In this document: in pieces, positions 1-10,014 of the stretch | Position numbering within the stretch: the first letter of the stretch is position 1 | Layout: each line of letters opens with the position of its first letter | Assembly (NCBI GenBank): GCA_011911785.1 | Contig: GCA_011911785.1_4084.1 | DNA: 64,000 nucleotides | From: a phage | Strand: one strand, 5' to 3' | Notes under the pieces: model-generated | Seen by the model: the letters and a program-made list of their open reading frames with translations, nothing else | Told to the model about the DNA's origin: nothing | The model's database searches: none | Translations under genes and position numbers: made by a program

Positions 1-20
1 GTATACGGCAAAATCTGATA

Positions 21-365
21 ATGGACAAAGATATTATGCAATACGATCAAGAGAACTTACGATTATTGGATAGGCATCTTGCTATTCTTATCGACCTTGT
101 GATGAAAAGTGATGTAAAAATTTTTGAAAGTAGATTTCTTGAGGATTATAAAACACAATTACAAGAACTGTACAAAGGTAAAAAAGTATTACTTAGTACT
201 GGTGACTATGGTAAAATTGAGTACGTGTATTATGAATGGAAAAAGGTTATATATTTTATAAAAACCAAAATAAAATACCAAAATAAAACAAGAACCTATA
301 AAGCATATTACGATTCAAATGAGATAGAGATTATATATGACCAACACGTTAATAACAAAAAGTGA
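21..365 (+). CDS. hypothetical protein
   Basis: 114-aa ORF in a tightly packed co-directional array; no recognisable motif. Confidence 0.4.
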   Translation: MDKDIMQYDQENLRLLDRHLAILIDLVMKSDVKIFESRFLEDYKTQLQELYKGKKVLLSTGDYGKIEYVYYEWKKVIYFIKTKIKYQNKTRTYKAYYDSNEIEIIYDQHVNNKK

Positions 366-660
366 ATTAGATTATTTGAATTATATAAACAGATACTTTC
401 TGATTCTATATAATATACTTCTTGAAGAACAATGCACTAAATCAAACCATCAGTTATATAACTATATTAACTGTATAATTAGTGAAATATATGAATCATT
501 GGAAAAGAGATTTAAGTACAGAACTATTAAGTGCGAAGATGATATTGTATATATTCATGGTGTTTTTGGTACAGGATATGGAATATTCGTTGATTATAAA
601 ATACACCCATTTGATCCGTACATAGAAAATAGTATGTACATAGAAGAGATTGAACTATGA
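337..660 (+). CDS. hypothetical small protein (possible paralog of 657..974)
   Basis: 107-aa ORF; C-terminal 'GTGYGIFVDY' resembles 'GTDYGLMIDC' in the next ORF. Confidence 0.4.
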   Translation: MTNTLITKSELDYLNYINRYFLILYNILLEEQCTKSNHQLYNYINCIISEIYESLEKRFKYRTIKCEDDIVYIHGVFGTGYGIFVDYKIHPFDPYIENSMYIEEIEL

Positions 661-974
661 CACAAGAAGAATATAATAAATTAATAATGTACGAGAATCA
701 TTTTAATTATTGTCTGAAATGGTTATTGTACATTGATAACGTTGAGATGGATATGTACAGAAAAGAGGTGAATAAACGTGTTAAAGATTTCTATTACGAA
801 TTGACTGATCTTTTTTATAATAATGTAGTATATGAAGCAAATACCAGTCGTGATTATGACCTTTATATCAAGCAAATATGGGGTACTGACTACGGTCTGA
901 TGATTGATTGCAGTACTGGTCCTAATATAGACAGACCCAGTACTACATTGTATCTGGATGAGATTTTCATATGA
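657..974 (+). CDS. hypothetical small protein
   Basis: 105-aa ORF, ATGA-type overlap with upstream ORF. Confidence 0.4.
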   Translation: MTQEEYNKLIMYENHFNYCLKWLLYIDNVEMDMYRKEVNKRVKDFYYELTDLFYNNVVYEANTSRDYDLYIKQIWGTDYGLMIDCSTGPNIDRPSTTLYLDEIFI

Positions 975-1273
975 ATGAACTATTACTTTGTCATAAAACA
1001 TACATTATGCTATTCAGAACGTGCCATGATATGCGAATTGAAGGTATACTAGACTACCCAACTATGATGATTAACTTCAGGGTGTTAATGGATTCATATT
1101 CACAATCTGTCATTGATGCATTTGAAGGTAGAGAAATAAAGTTCAAAAATGCCAGGACAAATAATGAGCTATGTGATACAATTAAATCAGTGGGGATTTC
1201 GGTTCCAAATGTGTACGTAATCCCATTGATGTACGGAAAAGTAGTATCCACTAACGAAATTATTAGTATATGA
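971..1273 (+). CDS. hypothetical protein
   Basis: 100-aa ORF, overlapping stop/start with neighbours. Confidence 0.4.
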   Translation: MNELLLCHKTYIMLFRTCHDMRIEGILDYPTMMINFRVLMDSYSQSVIDAFEGREIKFKNARTNNELCDTIKSVGISVPNVYVIPLMYGKVVSTNEIISI

Positions 1274-1569
1274 TTAAAACATTATATGAAGCAGAAGAAA
1301 CATATAAACTTCTGTGGGAAACTTTTATTTTTGACAAATACTATAATAGAACTGAATGGTTAGAGGTAAGTAAAATATATCTTCAAATTTTAAATGATTA
1401 TTTTTGTCCGTTAGTTGCTGAATGTAAAAATAATCCAATTGAAGAAATTAATATAATCGAAATAGTAGATGGGTTTGGTGCGTGGTTGATATACCAAGAC
1501 AACTATCACTTTTCTAATTATATCGAAGATATCGGTAAAATAACTGTAATTAAAGGAGTCATACTATGA
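1270..1569 (+). CDS. hypothetical protein
   Basis: 99-aa ORF in operon-like array. Confidence 0.4.
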   Translation: MIKTLYEAEETYKLLWETFIFDKYYNRTEWLEVSKIYLQILNDYFCPLVAECKNNPIEEINIIEIVDGFGAWLIYQDNYHFSNYIEDIGKITVIKGVIL

Positions 1570-2180
1570 TTTATGCACTATACGTACTATACGTACTTGG
1601 TCTGGTTATTGGTTGGTTTTTGGCAAAATCTTACAACCGTAATGCACTGGCATACACAGTATTTGGTATTATTTTTACGCCAGTACTAGAACTAGGTTTA
1701 CTCATTATTATGGGTCGCCGTGACATGACACCAGTCATTGACGATAATCGTGATAAAGCAGTACATGATGTACCAGTTTTTGAAGGATATACGCCAACTT
1801 TAACAGTTGATGACGTTTACATTGATGGTGCTGAAGAAGTTAAATCAGTTCAGGAAGAAGTTGAAGAAGTTCCAGTAAAAGAAGAACCACAACCAAAAGC
1901 ATCAACAACTAAAACAAAAGCAAAAACTTCTAAGAAAACAAAAGGTCGCAAGACTAGCACTAAAAATACCAAAAAAACCAGTACAACTCGCAAAAGCACT
2001 AAAACTGATAAGGAAGCATCTTCCAGTACTACCAGTACTGATGATGGTACAAGCACTGTTCTACTGACAGCAGCAACAACTGCCGCAATTATCAGTACTT
2101 CATCCTATAGCGACTCATCTTCCTCTTATGACAGTGGCTCTTGTGATAGTTCAAGCTCAAGTTCAGGAAGCTGTGATTAA
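1566..2180 (+). CDS. membrane protein with low-complexity K/T/S-rich tail
   Basis: Two N-terminal hydrophobic segments (LYVLYVLGLVIGWFLA, VFGIIFTPVLELGLLIIMG) followed by a K/T-rich basic stretch and an S-rich acidic C-terminus. Confidence 0.45.
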   Translation: MIYALYVLYVLGLVIGWFLAKSYNRNALAYTVFGIIFTPVLELGLLIIMGRRDMTPVIDDNRDKAVHDVPVFEGYTPTLTVDDVYIDGAEEVKSVQEEVEEVPVKEEPQPKASTTKTKAKTSKKTKGRKTSTKNTKKTSTTRKSTKTDKEASSSTTSTDDGTSTVLLTAATTAAIISTSSYSDSSSSYDSGSCDSSSSSSGSCD

Positions 2181-2524
2181 TGGTTCCGTTATCATCTGAA
2201 CTAAGGTACTTCGAATCTCTCCTTGATCTTCAATCAGAATTCGTTAGTACCTTAAAAAATAAATTAATAGGCAAAAAAGTAAAATTCACTCAAGAGTATA
2301 TTGACCACATCAATAAGGCTAAGGAGGATGAAGTAGATTCTGACTGGATTTATTGTGATGATGAAGCTTCTCATATCAACGAAAATACAGTTATGTTTAT
2401 TACTTTGTTGCGAGTAAAGAATTCATCAATCTATGTTGATGTTGAATATGAAAATCCAAAAAGTTCTGAATGGTACGGATTCACTTACCGTTTAGATCGT
2501 TTAGAACTAATAGAAGAGGAATAA
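2180..2524 (+). CDS. hypothetical protein
   Basis: 114-aa ORF. Confidence 0.4.
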   Translation: MVPLSSELRYFESLLDLQSEFVSTLKNKLIGKKVKFTQEYIDHINKAKEDEVDSDWIYCDDEASHINENTVMFITLLRVKNSSIYVDVEYENPKSSEWYGFTYRLDRLELIEEE

Positions 2525-2767
2525 ATGATTTTATTTTTTGCTTTGTATGGTGTAGGAGTACTGAGTACATTTATCAGTACTTTTCTTATCATCAATTGGG
2601 GTTCTTTTAAAGATACCCCTACCACAATGATTAATATTAGTACCTGCTCTATGTTATCAGTACTGTGGCCTGTGTCGTTGGTGTATCTTTTCATTTCAAT
2701 CTGTAAAGATTTTTACGATACACTAACAAAATTCAAGAAGAAGAAACATGACAAAGACGGAAATTGA
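2525..2767 (+). CDS. small membrane protein
   Basis: 80-aa ORF with two hydrophobic helices. Confidence 0.4.
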   Translation: MILFFALYGVGVLSTFISTFLIINWGSFKDTPTTMINISTCSMLSVLWPVSLVYLFISICKDFYDTLTKFKKKKHDKDGN

Positions 2768-3002
2768 ACAGTTAAAGATGTTACAATCGTTATCTGATGA
2801 TTTTGTCCAACGTGCTAAGCACAAATATATTGGTCAAGAAATTCTTCTTAAACACTCCAGAGGTTGGCAAAAAATATGCATAAGAGATATGGGAACATAT
2901 TATGGTGATGTGCGATATTACGTAGATTGCTATGTTAATGACCAAATTGCCAATACTCAAGTTGTCACCTATGATAAAATTATATGGATTAAAGAACAAT
3001 GA
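2748..3002 (+). CDS. hypothetical protein
   Basis: 84-aa ORF; start uncertain (overlaps previous ORF by 20 nt). Confidence 0.35.
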   Translation: MTKTEIEQLKMLQSLSDDFVQRAKHKYIGQEILLKHSRGWQKICIRDMGTYYGDVRYYVDCYVNDQIANTQVVTYDKIIWIKEQ

Positions 3003-3742
3003 AACATTTCTTAGAAGTAACAGTTCCTGATGAAAAAGATTTGTATATAGTAGGAGACATTCACGGTAATGCAAAACTATGGGAACATACCAAGAAAGAA
3101 TTTGGTATTACTCCTGAAGATTATGTATTCAGTTTAGGCGATTTAATTGACAGAGGTGAGCAAAGTGCTCACCTTTTGTTTGAGTTTTTATTCGCTGAGA
3201 ATCGATATATGATCATGGGCAATCATGAATCGATGTGTGTTGATTCTGCAACTCATCGTGACTGGTATCATTGCTGGACACAGAATGGGGGCGATAAGTT
3301 CCTGGAAGAAGTTGGTGTATCAGGAGTGGAATTCTTCCGTCAGTACTTGAACCAGCTACCTATGATTATCCAAATCAATCACAGAGGACTCAAGATTGGC
3401 CTCGTACATGCAAGTGTAGACCTTAAGCACACTGACTGGAATAAGTTCATTACTGGGACAAAATCAATGTCCAATGATACAATTGAGTCATGCCTATGGG
3501 ACAGAAAGACATTTGATTTCTGTAAAGCCAACAACGTCTTTAATGCATCACGTATTACCAACGTAGATTATGTACTTAGTGGGCATACTGCCGTGTTTGA
3601 TCCCCTCATTTATGGTAACCGTATCTGGATTGACAGTCAGTTTCTTACTGGTGATTTGACTATTGCTACCCCACAAGGTGGTAAGATGCGTTATTTGCGT
3701 AAAGAAAAAGACGAATATTCATTTAGTCGATTCAAAAGGTAA
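2999..3742 (+). CDS. Ser/Thr protein phosphatase (PPP-family metallophosphatase)
   Basis: Metallophosphatase motifs GDIHGN, GDLIDRG, GNHE in canonical order. Confidence 0.8.
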   Translation: MKHFLEVTVPDEKDLYIVGDIHGNAKLWEHTKKEFGITPEDYVFSLGDLIDRGEQSAHLLFEFLFAENRYMIMGNHESMCVDSATHRDWYHCWTQNGGDKFLEEVGVSGVEFFRQYLNQLPMIIQINHRGLKIGLVHASVDLKHTDWNKFITGTKSMSNDTIESCLWDRKTFDFCKANNVFNASRITNVDYVLSGHTAVFDPLIYGNRIWIDSQFLTGDLTIATPQGGKMRYLRKEKDEYSFSRFKR

Positions 3743-3747
3743 TTATT

Positions 3748-4026
3748 ATGCATGACATGATTGATAGTGCATTAACCGAATTTAACTTTTTTAAAAAATC
3801 ACTCGATACAATAATCAATGATACCAACCAACAAATGAAAGACCATTTAAGTGATAAATTGGTTGGTCGTTGGGTTGAGCTACCATATATAGATGGAACT
3901 ACTGTTGGTGTGATTCATAGAATTGTAACAATTCATGAAGTGAAGGTGTATGTTGAAATTCTGGTTGACAATGAAACTAACAAATGTTTTGTACAATTAA
4001 GCACTGAAGATTTAACTTTTTTATAA
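3748..4026 (+). CDS. hypothetical protein
   Basis: 92-aa ORF. Confidence 0.4.
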   Translation: MHDMIDSALTEFNFFKKSLDTIINDTNQQMKDHLSDKLVGRWVELPYIDGTTVGVIHRIVTIHEVKVYVEILVDNETNKCFVQLSTEDLTFL

Positions 4027-4035
4027 GGATATAAA

Positions 4036-4263
4036 ATGAAAGTAATTTATGTTCAGGTTGAAAAATATCAAACTGAAGATGGTCGCATTTTTGATTCAGC
4101 TAAACAAGCTGAGCATCATGAACGTATTATTTCTGGTGTTCGTCGCATTTGTCCTAAATGTAACGGAACACAACAAGTTCCCGATGAAGAATTTCGTCGC
4201 TATTATGCATGTCCAGATTGTGATGGTAAAGGATATGTAGAAAAACAAGAGGTATGGAAGTGA
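4036..4263 (+). CDS. small zinc-ribbon protein (DnaJ-type CxxCxGxG repeats)
   Basis: CPKCNGTQ ... CPDCDGKG, two CxxCxGxG elements; RBS 'aagga' upstream. Confidence 0.45.
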   Translation: MKVIYVQVEKYQTEDGRIFDSAKQAEHHERIISGVRRICPKCNGTQQVPDEEFRRYYACPDCDGKGYVEKQEVWK

Positions 4264-4673
4264 AACTATATTGCTTAACAAACATGTACTGTCAGGGTGT
4301 TCAGGCTGGCATTCAGGCATTTCATGCTGGTATTAAACTCGTCAAAGATTATGAAGGTTCAGTATTCAGTACTCTAATCGATGAATGGTATAATGAGCAC
4401 GAAACTATTGTAATTCTCAATGCTGGCAACCAAGATAAATTAACCACTCATTACGAGAATCTATCCAAACAGGGCAAGGTTCCATTTGCTAAATTCAATG
4501 AACCAGGTTTGAACGATACCCTCACTAGTGTAGCAGTACTATGCACTGAAGAAATGATTGATGACATGGCACTGATGCGTACTAACGACCCAATGACTGA
4601 TTTACAGCTATGTCACAAATACGGTCATATGTACGAAACACTAAAAGCTATGAGTACAATGAGGACTATTTGA
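4254..4673 (+). CDS. hypothetical protein
   Basis: 139-aa ORF. Confidence 0.4.
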   Translation: MEVKLYCLTNMYCQGVQAGIQAFHAGIKLVKDYEGSVFSTLIDEWYNEHETIVILNAGNQDKLTTHYENLSKQGKVPFAKFNEPGLNDTLTSVAVLCTEEMIDDMALMRTNDPMTDLQLCHKYGHMYETLKAMSTMRTI

Positions 4674-5869
4674 TGAATTTTCCTGAAAAGATTTTCGTCG
4701 CAAGACGTTTTGTTAGTGGGGATCAGGTTGACGGATATATTATCGACGCAACTAAAATGCACACTAAAGCATTTGAAACCAAGAAAGAACGTGTTGAGTA
4801 CTGGGCAAGAACCAATAATATGCCGTCACTTATACTCGACAATGAACCGAAAAAAGGTTTTGCTATTGTTCAAAAATTGATTCACAGTGGGCGTGATACC
4901 TATTTTGTTTGTCGTCACCCAGAAGGATTTGAGTTCAATATCACCGCAAACAATATGCTGGACTTAATCACACACAATGATATCGTTAATGGTGTATTCC
5001 AAGATGCTATGTTCTTTAATAATAATCTTGAACTCATCAATGGTAATACAAAAACATTTGCTAAGATGCAAGAGAAGCAAGAAAAAGCTGAAGAACGTAA
5101 AAGCGTTGTTGGTGAGTTGAAAGTTGGTGATGGATTCCTTTATAACAAAAAAGAGTACTACTATTGTGGTCGAGTTCATGCTCTTTGTTTGAAGAAAACT
5201 AAAGAATTCTCTTTACCTAACAAAAGTTCTTTCTATCATATGGTGTATTGTATCGCTGATGGTACATATGGTGTATGTGCAAGCCTTGACCGTTACGAAT
5301 TAACACCCAGAGCACTCCATAACGTTAAAACGACAATGGAAGCTGAAATTGTTAAAGCAAATGCGTATTTCAATACGTACCGAATGCGAACTGAGAACGC
5401 ATTAGGTGAATGCAATAGACCAGTACTGATCAGTACTAAATCATTTAAAAGTACTGATATGAAAGTAAAATACACTGAAATCACTAAAGACGTTCTTGTT
5501 AATGGTCGTTTCAATGAAAACGTATTATTCATGACTGAACAGAATGGTCAAAAATATCGTGTATTCTTTGGTATTTCAGATAACAACAGCAGAAATTCCT
5601 ATGGATATTATCGCCATGATTATTCTATAGCGTACAAGGGTGATTTTGAAAAATACTGCGGATACCCAGTGGAAGTTGATGCGAATGGTGTAATGTCAAT
5701 GGATGTTGATATCGATAAACATACATCTTTCAATACATGGCGTGGTTATAATTCACCTTTCTATCCACCGACCAAACGATATAGTAATAATTCATCAGAA
5801 TCTAATAAAAAAACTATGGTTCATATTAGCACTGACTGTCCTATTTTTTATGGAACCTATTATCTATAA
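4673..5869 (+). CDS. hypothetical protein
   Basis: Start moved to in-frame ATG at 4673, which forms an ATGA overlap with the upstream stop; no motif recognised. Confidence 0.45.
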   Translation: MNFPEKIFVARRFVSGDQVDGYIIDATKMHTKAFETKKERVEYWARTNNMPSLILDNEPKKGFAIVQKLIHSGRDTYFVCRHPEGFEFNITANNMLDLITHNDIVNGVFQDAMFFNNNLELINGNTKTFAKMQEKQEKAEERKSVVGELKVGDGFLYNKKEYYYCGRVHALCLKKTKEFSLPNKSSFYHMVYCIADGTYGVCASLDRYELTPRALHNVKTTMEAEIVKANAYFNTYRMRTENALGECNRPVLISTKSFKSTDMKVKYTEITKDVLVNGRFNENVLFMTEQNGQKYRVFFGISDNNSRNSYGYYRHDYSIAYKGDFEKYCGYPVEVDANGVMSMDVDIDKHTSFNTWRGYNSPFYPPTKRYSNNSSESNKKTMVHISTDCPIFYGTYYL

Positions 5870-5878
5870 GGGAATATA

Positions 5879-7297
5879 ATGAGCATTTTAGCAATTCTGG
5901 AACAAATCAAAAAGACTTCAAGTACACTTGGTAAGAAAGCAATCCTTGAAGAAAACAAAAACAATGAAACACTCAAAAAAGTACTGAAATATACGCTAGA
6001 CCCTACTATCGTAAGTGGCTATAAGAAGCTACCAGACGCTGCTGACGTGTATCAACATATGACGTTAGATGAAGCTATTGATAAGCTAGAATGCATCTAT
6101 AAGCGTGGTGTGACGGGTAATACGGGGCGTGATTTCATTGCTTCAGTACTGGGTTCCGTATCTGAAGATGATCAGGAAGTTCTCCGTAAAATGCTCACGA
6201 AGAACCTTGATTGTGGTATTCAGGAAAAGAACTGTAATGATGTATTCGGTAAAGGCTTTATTAAAGATGAACCTTATATGCGTTGTTCATTGATTGACAA
6301 GAAAACTGCTAAGAACATCAACTTCAAAGATTATGGTTATGCCGTTGCTGAAGTTAAGATGGATGGTCAGTACTTGAACCACGTTGTTATCAATGCATCA
6401 TTAACATCCACTTCCCGTAATGGTAAGATTTATGACTTCCTCGGTTGTCGTGATGCTGAAATGGCTGGACTTGCTCATCATATTCAAAGTACAGATGAAC
6501 GTTTCAGTAGTGGTGTAGTCTTTATGGGCGAGGGTTTAGTACTGGATACTGATGGGGAAACTATTCTTCCACGTACAACTGGTAACGGCATCATTCAGAA
6601 AGCAGGTAAAGATACTATCACCCAAAACGAAGCAATGCGTACAGTATTCGTTCTCTGGGATGTAGTGCCATATGATGCTTATTGTGCTGGTATCTGGGAT
6701 GTGAAACGTAAGGAACGTCGCGAGATTCTTGAAGGTGCAATCAATGCATTAGGTAGTGAATTCGTGCGTATGGTTGGATATCGTAAGGTGAAGGATCTCA
6801 AAGAAGCCTTTGCTTACAACTCTGAACTCATGAGTTCAGGTGAAGAAGGTTCAGTACTGAAATGTGAAGATGGTATCTGGAAATCTCATACTTCTCCTAA
6901 GCAGTTGAAAATGAAATTGAAAATGCAACTGGACTTGCGTATTGTTGGTTTCAATGAAGGTGAAGGTAAGCGTAAAGGTATGCTTGGTTCTTTACAACTG
7001 GAAAGTGCTTGTGGTACACTAAAAGTAAGCGTAGGAACAGGCATTAAAGAGAAAGATGCTGAATGGACATTTAAAACCATTTGGGAAAGAATGCAAGAAC
7101 TCATTGGTAAAGTTGTTACAATTGAGTGCAATGACGTAGTATATGATAAGCGTACTGGTGAACCGTCACTATTCTTACCAGTGTTTATTGAATTTAGATT
7201 TGACAAAAACACTTGTGACGATTATACTCGTATCTTAGAAATTCGCGATAGTGCAGTTGAGGTCTTCTCAAACAGTATTATTGAATCACTTGGCTAA
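5879..7297 (+). CDS. lig: ATP-dependent DNA ligase (T4 gp30-like)
   Basis: KxDG adenylation motif (EVKMDGQ), EGLVLD, EGSVLK, DLRIVGF; N-terminus MSILAILEQIKK..AILEENKNNE matches my recollection of T4 DNA ligase. Confidence 0.9.
   Translation: MSILAILEQIKKTSSTLGKKAILEENKNNETLKKVLKYTLDPTIVSGYKKLPDAADVYQHMTLDEAIDKLECIYKRGVTGNTGRDFIASVLGSVSEDDQEVLRKMLTKNLDCGIQEKNCNDVFGKGFIKDEPYMRCSLIDKKTAKNINFKDYGYAVAEVKMDGQYLNHVVINASLTSTSRNGKIYDFLGCRDAEMAGLAHHIQSTDERFSSGVVFMGEGLVLDTDGETILPRTTGNGIIQKAGKDTITQNEAMRTVFVLWDVVPYDAYCAGIWDVKRKERREILEGAINALGSEFVRMVGYRKVKDLKEAFAYNSELMSSGEEGSVLKCEDGIWKSHTSPKQLKMKLKMQLDLRIVGFNEGEGKRKGMLGSLQLESACGTLKVSVGTGIKEKDAEWTFKTIWERMQELIGKVVTIECNDVVYDKRTGEPSLFLPVFIEFRFDKNTCDDYTRILEIRDSAVEVFSNSIIESLG
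6850..6861. repeat. 12-bp palindrome TTCAGTACTGAA
   Basis: Exact 12-mer, inside the ligase CDS; same word at 40883, 42123, 59188 and within 62365..62378. Confidence 0.6.
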
Positions 7298-7316
7298 ACA
7301 TTTATTGGAGGTAATT

Positions 7317-8108
7317 ATGAAATTTGTCGTAACATCTGATGTGCACGGTGGCACTGATTACCTCCACAGTGGTGATTACAGTGATACAGTACTGATCATT
7401 GCAGGGGATTTCGATGAAGTTAAACGCAGCCGTTATCGTACTGGTATCGAATCACTGTGTAAGCAGTTCAAGAATGTAGTACTGGTTCCTGGCAACCACG
7501 AGTACTACGGTTCGAACATTTACAAAACGCATCAAGTACTGTCCGATATGCAAGATGAGTTTCCTAATTTCATCTTTTTGCAAAACAAATTTGTATGGCT
7601 GGATGGTGTTTTGCTCGTTGGTAGTACTCTGTGGACAGACTTTGACAAAGGTAATTCCATGACGAAGTTTGATGCTCGTCAGAAGATGAACGATTACAAA
7701 CACATCCGTCATGGAACAACATCCGAGCCTTGGCGTAAGAAACTGACACCAGAAGATACTGAGTTCATGCATCACAAAGATAAACAATTTATCAAAAATT
7801 CAGTTGACACAGTACGCTTAATGCAGGATAATGATTTCAAGGTCATCGTGATTACCCATCACGCACCGAGTTTTCAAAGTGTTTCACCAAAATATAAAAA
7901 CGATTCACTGAATGGTTGTTACTGTTCAGACATGGATCAGTACATTGAAGATTTGGGTGCTGATGTTTGGATTCATGGTCATGTTCATAGTAGCTTTGAT
8001 TACCACATCGGTAAGACACGTATCATTTGTAATCCAAGAGGTTACGAATCTTATAGTGGAGCTTGTGAGAATTTCGATTACAATCCTAAATTGGTATTCG
8101 AAATCTAA
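7317..8108 (+). CDS. calcineurin-like metallophosphoesterase
   Basis: Motifs TSDVHGG, GDFDE, GNHEYY, ITHHAP, HGHVHS; start set to ATG 7317 preceded by 'ggag'. Confidence 0.7.
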   Translation: MKFVVTSDVHGGTDYLHSGDYSDTVLIIAGDFDEVKRSRYRTGIESLCKQFKNVVLVPGNHEYYGSNIYKTHQVLSDMQDEFPNFIFLQNKFVWLDGVLLVGSTLWTDFDKGNSMTKFDARQKMNDYKHIRHGTTSEPWRKKLTPEDTEFMHHKDKQFIKNSVDTVRLMQDNDFKVIVITHHAPSFQSVSPKYKNDSLNGCYCSDMDQYIEDLGADVWIHGHVHSSFDYHIGKTRIICNPRGYESYSGACENFDYNPKLVFEI

Positions 8109-8117
8109 GGGATTACT

Positions 8118-8513
8118 ATGATATATACATTGCATACAAAAGACAAAATGATCGTAATCAATGGAAGTACTCGTATGTTCCAAAGATATGGTATGCGTCT
8201 GGTGACATATTGTGATAAAGTTCAATTCTATGATGATAAGAAAGGAATCAACTCAGTACTGAAAGATAGGTATCACTATAGTCGTGATATCCAGAGAGCA
8301 GATGATTTGGATTCTTTTAGTGGTAAAGTGTACGTTGTTGTTTGTGATGATAGTAAAGGTGATGTGTTACCTTTCAGTACTTTTGCATGTAATATGTTCT
8401 TTAGAAATGAACTCCCTGATTCATTAAGAATGATTGAGGTTGATTTTGATACCATACCATGTGGAATTCGTTTAGAATTTCTTAACGCACTGGTATCAAT
8501 TAGGGAGTACTGA
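8118..8513 (+). CDS. hypothetical protein
   Basis: 131-aa ORF. Confidence 0.4.
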   Translation: MIYTLHTKDKMIVINGSTRMFQRYGMRLVTYCDKVQFYDDKKGINSVLKDRYHYSRDIQRADDLDSFSGKVYVVVCDDSKGDVLPFSTFACNMFFRNELPDSLRMIEVDFDTIPCGIRLEFLNALVSIREY

Positions 8514-8896
8514 TGAAAATTATTACTGTGTACACAATTGTATATAATAACGAAATCAAGTACGTGTTAAATGCAAACTTACACCACACTAGAGGTGAAA
8601 CAAAGTTACAACAGAACAGTACAGAAATCTCTCACTACTGGCTGGATGATGATTCAGTTGAAGTGTATATTGATGGTCGTGCTGAATACTATGATGCAGT
8701 TTTCTTTGAAGATTTAGATAAATCGAACGAATTCTTCATTTATGTCAGTACTGACCAATATTATACGCATTCTTTGTTTGACATTACCAACACTTCTGTG
8801 TATGATACAGGTATGGTTAGGTTACTGAAGATAGACCCAACTCTGTACAACAAAGAAACAATTTACGGTTTACTAGATTTTACAAGAAAATTGTAG
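8513..8896 (+). CDS. hypothetical protein
   Basis: 127-aa ORF. Confidence 0.4.
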   Translation: MKIITVYTIVYNNEIKYVLNANLHHTRGETKLQQNSTEISHYWLDDDSVEVYIDGRAEYYDAVFFEDLDKSNEFFIYVSTDQYYTHSLFDITNTSVYDTGMVRLLKIDPTLYNKETIYGLLDFTRKL

Positions 8897-8921
8897 ACAA
8901 ATACGAACACTGTGATATAAT
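8894..8921 (+). promoter_or_regulatory. sigma70-like promoter (TAGACA-16 nt-TATAAT)
   Basis: -35-like TAGACA at 8894..8899 and perfect -10 TATAAT at 8916..8921, about 35 nt upstream of the clpP-like start. Confidence 0.4.
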
Positions 8922-8956
8922 ACTCACATCAATGAAACAATAGAGGAAAATATACA

Positions 8957-9652
8957 ATGACTCAACAATTTATGTTTGGTGGTTATGCGAATGGTGAAAC
9001 AACTAACATTTCAATTCCATATGTAGTTGAAAAAGTTAATGGCAACGAACGTACTTATGATCTAGCATCTCGTATGATGCAAGACCGTATCATTTTCCTT
9101 GATACTGATTTCAACGACCAGATGGCACATATCATCAAGCAACAATTGGTGTGGTTGGATTCTCAAGGTTCTGAACCAATTACTCTTTATATTTCCTCGC
9201 CGGGTGGTAGTGTTCATGCAGGTTTGGGTATTTCTGATATTGCTAAATCTTGTGTATCACCAATCCGCACAGTAGTGATGGGTTATGCAGCATCAATGGG
9301 TTGCTACACACAATCAGTAGTGGGTACTAAAGGTTATCGTCTTGGTGGTAAACGCTCGTACTTTATGTGTCACCAAGTAAGTTCTGGTACACAAGGTCTG
9401 ATCACTGATCAGAAAATTGCACTAAAACACTCTGATGCATTGAACACATTGCTGACGAAAGAAATCGCTGAAGCTGTAGGTGTTTCTCATGAAAAACTAC
9501 TAGAAGATGCGGACCGCGATTTGTGGTTGAGTGCAGATGAAGCACTTGAGTATGGTGAACTTGGATTTATCGATGGTATTATCCTTGGTCCACGTAATGA
9601 AAAAGGTCAATACCTAGTTAAACGTCGCGGTGGCGTGGAAGAGTGGGTATAA
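8957..9652 (+). CDS. clpP: ClpP-family serine protease
   Basis: ISSPGGSVHAGLGISD and MGYAASMG match ClpP signatures (INSPGG / GQAASMG), followed by a His-containing HQVSSG segment. Confidence 0.75.
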   Translation: MTQQFMFGGYANGETTNISIPYVVEKVNGNERTYDLASRMMQDRIIFLDTDFNDQMAHIIKQQLVWLDSQGSEPITLYISSPGGSVHAGLGISDIAKSCVSPIRTVVMGYAASMGCYTQSVVGTKGYRLGGKRSYFMCHQVSSGTQGLITDQKIALKHSDALNTLLTKEIAEAVGVSHEKLLEDADRDLWLSADEALEYGELGFIDGIILGPRNEKGQYLVKRRGGVEEWV

Positions 9653-9681
9653 TTCAGTACTAAAAACTTAAAATATATTAT

Positions 9682-9704
9682 GCCTCACTATGTGGGGCAT
9701 TTTC
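9682..9704 (+). terminator. rho-independent terminator
   Basis: Hairpin gcctcac-tat-gtggggc followed by attttc; shares a 15-nt core (cctcactatgtgggg) with the terminator at 60744. Confidence 0.55.
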
Positions 9705-9716
9705 TAAGGAGTTAAA

Positions 9717-10010
9717 ATGTCAAAGAAACTTGTACGAAACTCTAGCACTGAAGAAGTTGAAATTCTTGATGATTCGGAATTCATCAGTACTGCACTAGAG
9801 CAGATCAGTACTCAAGCGTTAGCACTAAAAGACATTAATGAATCAGAAGACCTACTGGTTGGTATGGCTGAAATTCTTGAATTGATGCAAGAAGTTCTTA
9901 TGAAGAACAATATTAAACCAATTGATGCAGTGCAATATGCTGCAAATTTGCGAGCCGAACACGGTTCATTCAACGAGAAAAAAGCTGTCAGCACAGAAGA
10001 TAAGGAATAA
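9717..10010 (+). CDS. hypothetical acidic protein
   Basis: 97-aa ORF with 'aagga' RBS. Confidence 0.4.
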   Translation: MSKKLVRNSSTEEVEILDDSEFISTALEQISTQALALKDINESEDLLVGMAEILELMQEVLMKNNIKPIDAVQYAANLRAEHGSFNEKKAVSTEDKE

Positions 10011-10014
10011 TACA

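Noticed and set aside
723-2056. Minus-strand ORFs 723..1001, 1054..1251 and 1850..2056
   Set aside because: Each lies antisense within a tightly packed plus-strand gene array, lacks an RBS and has a low-complexity or hydrophobic translation typical of spurious AT-rich ORFs.
4049-4240. Alternative-frame ORF overlapping the zinc-ribbon gene 4036..4263
   Set aside because: Fully nested in another frame of a gene with clear CxxCxGxG motifs and an RBS; no independent support.
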